A DNA stretch of 24,000 nt from NCBI GenBank assembly GCA_018697095.1, contig JABHSG010000001.1, positions 162,169 through 186,168 on the forward strand, given 5' to 3'. The DNA is from an archaeon. GTDB lineage: Archaea; Nanobdellota; Nanobdellia; Woesearchaeales; GW2011-AR9. Numbering within the stretch: position 1 is the stretch's first letter; every line of letters begins with the position of its first letter. A program made the position numbers and the translations under genes. Under the pieces are notes generated by a model, which was given only the letters and a program-made list of their open reading frames with translations, was not told the DNA's origin and did not search any database. Shown here piece after piece: positions 17,047 to 24,000 of this stretch.

Positions 17047-17718
17047 ATGGTTGATTTTAGCATAATTCTTACAGGTATAATCACTGGTTTTTCTGAGATC
17101 TCAAAAGCACCATTTCAAAAATTAGAAATCTGGTGGTACTTATTTCCAATCATCTCACTTTGGTTCATTCTTGAAATTTATTTTGGAGAACACAAAACAG
17201 AGAAGATGGGATGGAATACTGCCCTAGCAAATGGATTTTCATTAAGTTGGGTAACCATCGAATCTATGCGTGTATTATTTGCAGAAAATTATGAACCATT
17301 TACATTAAGGTTCATCATTATCTTACTTGTTCTGATGTACAGTGCATTCACAATTTACGTAGCATTCACACACAAATTTAAAGATAAAATTGCTTTTGCT
17401 ATCGCTGGGAACACACCGATATATTTTACCTCTGCTGTCTTAATTTTATGGTCACACGACACATTTAGTTTAGGATTATACACAATAATTGACCTACTTA
17501 TCCTTTTTGGGATAGCTCTTTTATTTTCATACCTCCTAAGAAAGTTTCTTCCAGAAAAAGCATCTTCAGGCGGTGATGACCACGAATATGAAAAAATGGG
17601 TTTCGATGACAATAGTTCGTCATCCCCTCCATCTGATTTTTCATCGCCAAACCAAGATTCATCCAGTCCACCTAGTGATAATTCAAGTGACAACGCATTT
17701 TCAAATATGTTCTCATAA
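17047..17718 (+). CDS. Multi-spanning membrane protein with Ser/Pro/Asp-rich C-terminal tail
   Basis: 223 aa; about six hydrophobic segments, then SSSSPPSDFSSPNQDSSSPPSDNSSD low-complexity tail. Confidence 0.65.
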   Translation: MVDFSIILTGIITGFSEISKAPFQKLEIWWYLFPIISLWFILEIYFGEHKTEKMGWNTALANGFSLSWVTIESMRVLFAENYEPFTLRFIIILLVLMYSAFTIYVAFTHKFKDKIAFAIAGNTPIYFTSAVLILWSHDTFSLGLYTIIDLLILFGIALLFSYLLRKFLPEKASSGGDDHEYEKMGFDDNSSSSPPSDFSSPNQDSSSPPSDNSSDNAFSNMFS

Positions 17719-17746
17719 TTATTAAAAAAATAAACTAAAAATATTT

Positions 17747-18829
17747 CTAAAATTCTAACTTTTTCCCATCAATATAAATCACTGGGTCTTTAAAAGTCTG
17801 ATCACCATGAAAAATAGTTTTAATTTCTCCACCAAACCAAGAATTACTGCCAATTCCAATATGTGCTGTACCCTCAACTTTTTCATCCATAAGAGCAACA
17901 CCCATTAAGTTAGCGTTCGAATTTATTCCAATTCCAAATTCACCAATCAACCTAACCCTTTCAGGATATTTCGCTCTAGCCTCAAAAGTTTCAAAGGTTT
18001 CAAGCAAAAGCTGCGCCTGATCTCCAACAACACTTACTATTCTTCCTTCTTTTATTTCAAGAACAACTGGTGAAGAAATAAGGGTACTTCCTTTTTCATG
18101 ACGTAAACTCCCATCAATTACAAGTTTCCCATTTACTCCACGACTTCCCTTAGGTGCAATATATACTTCCCCTGCAGGCAAATTTCCTCCACGCCCACTC
18201 TCATTATAATTCCCATCATTACTAATTGCTTGCATTCCTTCAATATCAATTAGAAGTTCAGTTCCAGCCTCAGTCCAAACTCTTATCTGTTTCCCTTTAT
18301 CAAGAAGTTTTTTGATTAAACGTCCTTTTTTTTGCATTCGCACATAATTTACATTCATAGCTTCAACAAATAATTCAAATTGGGAATTTCTCGCATCTTT
18401 AAGCCCACTAGCTGAACCAAACCTATGTCCATTTTCTTTACAAAATTTTCGAAAACTTCTTTTTTCACCAAATCGCCCTAATTTATTAGAAACACAAACT
18501 ATCACAACTGATTTTGGTGGCAAACGTTCAAGCGCATTTCTTACGTGTTCATCTACATGCATAAACCCTTTTTTTTCTTCTTGAATTGCTAAATGAACAT
18601 TGTAACCTTTTTGCTGTAAACCAAGATAATATGCTCTAGCCATCATCAAAGCTACATTATGGCTGGGCGACCCATAATCTGTTATAATCAAAACATGTTC
18701 AGATTTAACTGGTTTCAAGCATTGCCTTGCCACAGAAAAAAAAGTACTAGCATAGCGTATAGCCATCTCCTCAAAAGGTTTCTCTAAAGAAAACATAATT
18801 AAATTGTTCTGCAAGGAACTTATAAACAT
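17747..18829 (-). CDS. M29-like aminopeptidase
   Basis: Motifs GRGGNLPAGEVYIAP, LIGEFGIGINSNANLMG and GTAHIGIGSN match the M29 leucyl aminopeptidase family. The start is probably the internal MFSLEKPF. Confidence 0.82.
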   Translation of the reverse strand: MFISSLQNNLIMFSLEKPFEEMAIRYASTFFSVARQCLKPVKSEHVLIITDYGSPSHNVALMMARAYYLGLQQKGYNVHLAIQEEKKGFMHVDEHVRNALERLPPKSVVIVCVSNKLGRFGEKRSFRKFCKENGHRFGSASGLKDARNSQFELFVEAMNVNYVRMQKKGRLIKKLLDKGKQIRVWTEAGTELLIDIEGMQAISNDGNYNESGRGGNLPAGEVYIAPKGSRGVNGKLVIDGSLRHEKGSTLISSPVVLEIKEGRIVSVVGDQAQLLLETFETFEARAKYPERVRLIGEFGIGINSNANLMGVALMDEKVEGTAHIGIGSNSWFGGEIKTIFHGDQTFKDPVIYIDGKKLEF

Positions 18830-18850
18830 TATTAGGCTAAAGAGGCCTTA

Positions 18851-19831
18851 TTATTTTAGCGCCTTGGATATCTTTGCAATAAAAAATCCACCAGTATTGT
18901 TATCTTGTGGCCAAACACGAATAGTTTTCTTAACTTCAGAGCTATAAGTCTTACCTTCAAAATTAACTACAGGTTCTCCACGAATAAGTCCAGGCAAAAC
19001 AGATTCAGGCACTTCAACTATTTCAGCACTTTCTCTGTTTTTTAGCAGAAAATCTACTATTCCCTCATCCTCTTCAGGCTCAAGTGAACATGTTGAATAA
19101 ACCATTTCTCCACCTGGTTTCAAATTATCAAATCCTGCAAGGATCAGTTTTTTCTGCTGTCCCGCAATCTTTTTTACCATATTAGCGTTCCACATCCGAA
19201 TTGTTTTCAAACTTTTACGAATAGTTCCAGTTCCACCACATGGCGCATCAACTAAAATCTTATCAAATTGTTTTCCAGATATTCTCTCACCATTCATAAT
19301 AGTAATAACAGTGTTTGTAACAGCGCAACGCTGCAAATTCATACCAAGAGCTGTTGCACGCATACCTTTGTAATCGTTAGCGAGTAAAAGTCCACTATTT
19401 TTCATCATTGCAGCCATTTGAGTTGTTTTACTTCCAGGAGCAGCGCACATATCAAGAACTACTTCTTCTGGTTTTGGAGCAAGAACAATTGGAGGGATCA
19501 TAGACACTGATTCTTGTACATAGATTTTTCCAGATTTATATTCAGAAAGGTTTCCAACATCACGACGATCATCATGTTCAATCCAAAAACCTTCTTTACA
19601 CCAAGGTATTGGTTCAAGTTTCCATCCTTTAGCTAAAATAGAATCTCGTACTTCAGCTACATTTGCACGCAAAGTATTAACTCTAATAGCGCGCCTTGGA
19701 AAACAAAGACAATAATGTTTAAATTTCTTGAAATCTGTCAGTTCACTATACCTTTCAATAAATTTATCTTTAAAGATATATTTCTCTGTTCCAGGTATTG
19801 GTTTTGGTTCTGCCATGAAAGCAAAAAGCAC
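18851..19831 (-). CDS. NOL1/NOP2/Sun-family RNA m5C methyltransferase
   Basis: Motifs RVNTLRAN, VLDMCAAPGSKTTQMA, VDAPCGGTGTIRK and MVYSTCSLEPEEDEGIV contain both catalytic cysteine motifs (PCGGTG and STCS). Confidence 0.93.
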   Translation of the reverse strand: MLFAFMAEPKPIPGTEKYIFKDKFIERYSELTDFKKFKHYCLCFPRRAIRVNTLRANVAEVRDSILAKGWKLEPIPWCKEGFWIEHDDRRDVGNLSEYKSGKIYVQESVSMIPPIVLAPKPEEVVLDMCAAPGSKTTQMAAMMKNSGLLLANDYKGMRATALGMNLQRCAVTNTVITIMNGERISGKQFDKILVDAPCGGTGTIRKSLKTIRMWNANMVKKIAGQQKKLILAGFDNLKPGGEMVYSTCSLEPEEDEGIVDFLLKNRESAEIVEVPESVLPGLIRGEPVVNFEGKTYSSEVKKTIRVWPQDNNTGGFFIAKISKALK

Positions 19832-19896
19832 AAGCTACTTTATAAGAATAATCTAAATAATCTCAAAATCAAGAAAAACAAAGAATCAGTAATAAC

Positions 19897-20805
19897 TTAT
19901 TTTCTAACGCCAGAACTCTTTCTAAGATATTCAACTACTTGTTCACAGACTTTTACGGCTGCTTTATGATAATCCTCTACTGGGTCTTTATCATTTTTAA
20001 CCAAAACATCAAGTACCCTATCAGACCCATCATCATTTCTTTTAACAGGCAATTTCCCTACCTTAATTTCAAAAAGTTCTCTTTCTGGGTGAGTAAGACG
20101 TCGCAAACGCGCATAGATATTCTCAACAACAGAAAGTAGTTTTAATTTATCATAACTCCCTTCTTCATCTGTAAGTTCAGAAAACGCATTATACAATTCT
20201 CTTGGAATCACAATTTTTTCTCGAAGTGTTTTTGATCCCCCTTTTTTATCACTATAAACTCTACCAACAACAAAATTAATTGCTTTACATTTATCTTCAA
20301 TAGCTCTAATTGTAACTTTTACTTCTTCTTCAGCAAGTGGAATTTTTGGAACTTCAGTTCGAGATTTGACTCTCTTGCTATGTTCTTTAACTCTAACTGC
20401 ATTATCAGATAAGATATGATTTCTATTAACTGGATGTACAAAGCTAAGTATCATTGCATAAACATAAGATACCACTAAATTCAAAACAGCCAAAATCCCC
20501 CCATCCATTGCAGCAAACTCAGGAATTAAACTAAAAGTCCAAGCAACGTAATACAAAATTGAAAAAACAAGTGGCAAAAGATATACTAAAGCTACAATTG
20601 TTTTACCTAATTGAAGTAAAGTGAAAATTGTTACTAAATACAAAAGAACTGGTAAAAACCCTAGTGCTACTACAAAAGGATTTTCTGGTATAGAAAGTGA
20701 AAGCAAGAACAAAAAAGCAATATAAACCCCAAAACATAAAACCATCATTGCACGCAAACTAAAATCATGTGCTACTCTAGCAAGTTTTCCCATATTACTT
20801 ATCAA
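19897..20805 (-). CDS. Membrane protein with C-terminal cytoplasmic domain, unknown function
   Basis: 302 aa with four or more N-terminal TM segments and a soluble C-terminal half (RLRRLTHPERELFEI...). A downstream ATG (MGKLARVAHDF) may be the true start. Confidence 0.65.
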   Translation of the reverse strand: MISNMGKLARVAHDFSLRAMMVLCFGVYIAFLFLLSLSIPENPFVVALGFLPVLLYLVTIFTLLQLGKTIVALVYLLPLVFSILYYVAWTFSLIPEFAAMDGGILAVLNLVVSYVYAMILSFVHPVNRNHILSDNAVRVKEHSKRVKSRTEVPKIPLAEEEVKVTIRAIEDKCKAINFVVGRVYSDKKGGSKTLREKIVIPRELYNAFSELTDEEGSYDKLKLLSVVENIYARLRRLTHPERELFEIKVGKLPVKRNDDGSDRVLDVLVKNDKDPVEDYHKAAVKVCEQVVEYLRKSSGVRK

Positions 20806-20821
20806 ACAAAATGAGCATATA

Positions 20822-20860
20822 AACGTTACTATAAGTAACGTTCAAAAATCAAAGATTTTT
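20822..20860. repeat. Two adjacent perfect inverted repeats in a divergent promoter region
   Basis: AACGTTACT-ATA-AGTAACGTT (20822..20842) and AAAAATC-AAA-GATTTTT (20844..20860). Confidence 0.75.
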
Positions 20861-20940
20861 GTTAGGTTACGGCTATAATGAGTAACTGTCAACAAAATTT
20901 ACAAACAAATATAAATCAAAAATGTATACTAAACAAATAG

Positions 20941-21957
20941 ATGGCAATCAATGTAGCAATCAATGGGTTTGGAAGAATAGGTAGAATGTTCTTCCGTGCA
21001 GCGCTAAATGACAAAAAAATAAAAATAGTCGCAATTAACGATTTAACAGATCCAAAAGAATTAGCTTACCTTCTAAAATATGATTCAACTCATGGAAATT
21101 TAAAAATTCCTATTTCTAGTAAAAATAATGCACTTAAAATAAAAAATAAACTAATTCCAGTATTCGCTCAAAAAGACCCATGTGATTTACCATGGAAAAA
21201 ACTCAAAGTTGATGTAGTCATAGAAGCCACAGGATTTTTTGTTGACCCAAATTTGGCAATGGCTCACATTGAAGCTGGCGCAAAAAAAGTATTAATAACT
21301 GCTCCTGCAAAACCAAAAAATAACAAAACAAAATATCTCACCGCAGTCTTAGGAGTAAATCTAGCAGAATTAAAAAAATCCAAAAAAGATAAAATAAAAA
21401 TTATTTCAAATGCTAGTTGTACAACTAACTGCGTAGCTCCAATTCTAAAAGTAATCGATAAAAAATTTGGAATAAAGTCTTGCCTTTTTTCCACAATTCA
21501 CGCTTATACTACAACCCAAAAACTACAAGACGGAGTTTCAAAAGACCCTAGAAAAGGAAGATCTGCAACACAAAATATTATTCCAACAACTACTGGAGCC
21601 GACATTGCAACAGTAAAAGTTCTTCCAAACCTTAAAGGGAAATTAAAAGGCATGGCTTTTCGCGTACCAATTAGTAATGGTTCTGTAACAGACTTTGTTA
21701 TTGAAACCAAAAAAACAATCACAAAAGAACTTGTCAATAAAGCTATTATGCTTTCTTCTAAAAAAGAAATGAAAGGTATTATTGAATACACAACAGATCC
21801 TTTGGTAAGTAGCGATATTATTGGAAACCCTCATTCTGCAATTTTCGACTCACAATTCACAGAAGTTATTTCAAAAAACAAACTAAAATGTATTGCATGG
21901 TATGATAACGAGTGGGGCTACAGTTGTAGACTTGTCGACATAGTTAAATTATTATAA
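20941..21957 (+). CDS. gap: Bacterial-type (class I) glyceraldehyde-3-phosphate dehydrogenase
   Basis: INGFGRIGRM, NDLTDPKELAYLLKYDSTHG, SNASCTTNC, TIHAYTTTQKLQDG, WYDNEWGYS. Confidence 0.96.
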   Translation: MAINVAINGFGRIGRMFFRAALNDKKIKIVAINDLTDPKELAYLLKYDSTHGNLKIPISSKNNALKIKNKLIPVFAQKDPCDLPWKKLKVDVVIEATGFFVDPNLAMAHIEAGAKKVLITAPAKPKNNKTKYLTAVLGVNLAELKKSKKDKIKIISNASCTTNCVAPILKVIDKKFGIKSCLFSTIHAYTTTQKLQDGVSKDPRKGRSATQNIIPTTTGADIATVKVLPNLKGKLKGMAFRVPISNGSVTDFVIETKKTITKELVNKAIMLSSKKEMKGIIEYTTDPLVSSDIIGNPHSAIFDSQFTEVISKNKLKCIAWYDNEWGYSCRLVDIVKLL

Positions 21958-21980
21958 TTCAATTAAAATTCCAAATATGC

Positions 21981-22949
21981 TCAAGTTAAAATAATATAAG
22001 GATCTTTAAAAGTAGCCAAATCTTTTTTTCTGATTTTCTTAGAAAACTGAGAATCTCCAACTCCAAATGGATTAAACCTACTTGTATAATGGATTTCTAA
22101 AACTAATCGGTCTTTTTTCCTACACCTAGATCCATAATGTAAACATTTTGACGTATCAATAATCAATGCAGAACCAGCAGGCCCAATTAGTTTATTTGCT
22201 TTATCAGGTGACACATAAGCATAAACTTCTTCATCACTAAGTCTTCCACACTGATAATTCATGTTAGACAAAACTAAGTCTGAGTCAGTTGAATCCAAAA
22301 AAGTGAAAGGACCAGTGCCTAAGTCAACATCTTGAATTGCTAAAAAAAGTTTTATCCTATTATGTTTGATCCCATCTAAATGATAAAGTTGGGATTGGGT
22401 AGTCAAATCATTAACCACAGAATTAAGCAAATTAATCTCTCCAAGAAGTGGTCTTTCTCCAAGATATTTTGAAGCAATTTGAACCATTGTTTTACTAGTT
22501 GCAAATTCAACTACTGGGCGTATTTCTTCAATATCCAAGAAGTCTTTCATTTTCCCTTGATTATCTAAAGAAAAGATTTCACCATAAAACTGTTTATCAC
22601 GTTTACTCGCAGTTCCTTCTTTTCTATTATAGGCAATCAAGGCTCCTTTTTTCAAATTAAACATCTTATCGCAATAAACACGTAATTCTTCAATTCCAGG
22701 GATTGAATCATTCTCAACATGAAAATATCCTTTCTTGTGATCAACTATTAAATTAGAAGGTATATCAGAGACTAAATCAGAAACTTTACTCAAGCGGTTT
22801 GCATAGGAGAAAGGGTGTAACAATCTCCTCCATTTTGCAAATGTTGGAAAAATAAAATTTCTTTTAAATCCAAATTTTAGCAAAACAAACAGAGCAATCT
22901 TATCTATCCCGACTCTTCTTGCTTTAAGCAATTTTTCATGAAATCCCAT
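21981..22949 (-). CDS. Phytanoyl-CoA dioxygenase-like Fe(II)/2-oxoglutarate oxygenase-fold protein
   Basis: Facial-triad-like HLDG (HxD), DLGTGPFTFLDSTD, GSALIIDTSKCLHYGSRCRKKDRLVLEIHY (distal H, then R). Confidence 0.6.
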   Translation of the reverse strand: MGFHEKLLKARRVGIDKIALFVLLKFGFKRNFIFPTFAKWRRLLHPFSYANRLSKVSDLVSDIPSNLIVDHKKGYFHVENDSIPGIEELRVYCDKMFNLKKGALIAYNRKEGTASKRDKQFYGEIFSLDNQGKMKDFLDIEEIRPVVEFATSKTMVQIASKYLGERPLLGEINLLNSVVNDLTTQSQLYHLDGIKHNRIKLFLAIQDVDLGTGPFTFLDSTDSDLVLSNMNYQCGRLSDEEVYAYVSPDKANKLIGPAGSALIIDTSKCLHYGSRCRKKDRLVLEIHYTSRFNPFGVGDSQFSKKIRKKDLATFKDPYIILT

Positions 22950-23095
22950 ATTAACACCATAAATCAGTATAAACTAAATTTAATCTTAGAATTAATAAAC
23001 TTTTTCAAAAATACAAGACCACTATAGATTCTCCAGAAGACTATATCACTTCTTCCTAACAAACTTTATAAGATAGCAATAGCAAACAAGCGCAA

Positions 23096-23950
23096 ATGAA
23101 TCAAACAAAAGAGCAAACTGTAGCTAATAGCAAAAAAAGAAAACTTTATTTTGGTAAAAGTCTACGCAAAAAAACAGGCATTGGTTATGGGCTTAAACGC
23201 AGAAAAACTACTTGGAAGCAATTCAATATCGCTTTTACAAGAACTATAAAACAAATTCTAACAATCGATTTGGTTCGCTACATAGTTTGTTATGTGAGAA
23301 GATTATATTACTTCAAACTTCTAGGGAAAACAAGAGTATATCAAGGAAATCTAAGCTCAGTTAACAAACATACAATTGCTCACAATACAACTGGTGCTTT
23401 TAGTGATGTTGCCGTAATCAGATCAAATCAATTGATTAAACCACTATCAATTCTAGCTCCAATCAGACATAGATTAGAACAAGTAAAAGTTCTATCAATT
23501 GGTCCCAGAACAGAAGGAGAAATGTTTAATCTAATTGCAAACGGATTTTCTCCAAAAAAGATCAGAGGTCTTGATCTTGCAACATATTCTCCACTCATTG
23601 ATGTTGGCGATATGCACAAAATGCCTTATAGAAATGATGTTTTTGATGTAATCATCAGCGGTTGGGTTCTTTCATACAGCGAAGATAAAAAATTAGCTGC
23701 AAAAGAAATGGTTCGCGTAGCAAAAGATAAAGCTATTATGGCAATTGGTGTTGTATACAGCAATAAAACTTATGAGAACAAATTAAAACAAGCAAGGGGT
23801 TATGAAATCCCTGAAGAACTTTTCAGTGTAAAAGACATTCTTGCACTTTTTGGTAATCATGTTGACAAAGTATATTTTTCTCAAGATATGACTGAAGAAG
23901 ACAAAAAACGTGGTGAAAACCTTCTGGCAATATTTTCAATCAAGAAATAA
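23096..23950 (+). CDS. SAM-dependent methyltransferase-like protein (type 11)
   Basis: VLSIGPRTEGEMFNLIANGF (motif I), GLDLATYSP, DMHKMPYRNDVFDVIISGWVLSYSEDKKLAAKEMVRVAK. There is a TATA-like CTTTATAAG just upstream. Confidence 0.75.
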   Translation: MNQTKEQTVANSKKRKLYFGKSLRKKTGIGYGLKRRKTTWKQFNIAFTRTIKQILTIDLVRYIVCYVRRLYYFKLLGKTRVYQGNLSSVNKHTIAHNTTGAFSDVAVIRSNQLIKPLSILAPIRHRLEQVKVLSIGPRTEGEMFNLIANGFSPKKIRGLDLATYSPLIDVGDMHKMPYRNDVFDVIISGWVLSYSEDKKLAAKEMVRVAKDKAIMAIGVVYSNKTYENKLKQARGYEIPEELFSVKDILALFGNHVDKVYFSQDMTEEDKKRGENLLAIFSIKK

Positions 23951-24000
23951 TCTTTTCCTTTTTTCATTGTAATTTAGCTTTCTTACACACCTCTTCAAAC

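Noticed and set aside
19715-19969. 84-aa plus-strand ORF bridging two minus-strand genes
   Set aside because: It straddles the ends of two supported genes, has atypical composition and no motifs.
1-24000. CRISPR array, transposon, toxin-antitoxin or defence island
   Set aside because: No regularly spaced direct repeats, transposase motifs, terminal inverted repeats or recognisable defence proteins were seen on reading; the window is mainly housekeeping genes.

Overview
This AT-rich 24 kb window looks like a gene-dense archaeal chromosome segment. Supporting evidence is ribosomal protein S8e, a membrane-anchored LonB, a tRNA intron with a bulge-helix-bulge (BHB) fold, TATA/BRE-like promoters, an S-layer protein and dolichol-type glycosylation genes. 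The small genes and bacterial-type GAPDH suggest DPANN, but that is inference. The most notable locus is a minus-strand three-gene operon (5202..2269): a SucC-like ATP-grasp subunit, a SucD-like subunit and a short citrate-synthase-fold protein. Its motifs (SGGGAS, GEYSG-like, ANFTN, RRAGP, SRSGGMS, GHAGA, NIDG) match ATP-citrate lyase/citryl-CoA synthetase plus citryl-CoA lyase rather than TCA-cycle succinyl-CoA synthetase plus citrate synthase, so it reads as a three-polypeptide split citrate-cleaving enzyme. Other points of interest are: (a) a tRNA-Val(UAC) with a 30-nt intron, whose 3' end is duplicated 94 bp downstream within a cluster of short hairpins; (b) a PrmC/HemK-like methyltransferase fused to a small kinase domain; (c) a Ski2/Hel308-like helicase cut off after its first RecA domain; (d) two unannotated microprotein ORFs (51 and 42 aa) behind a GC-rich/TATA promoter, followed by a GC-rich hairpin; (e) paired perfect inverted repeats upstream of a bacterial-type GAPDH; (f) a long leader on the S-layer gene. 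No CRISPR array, transposase or defence operon is visible.
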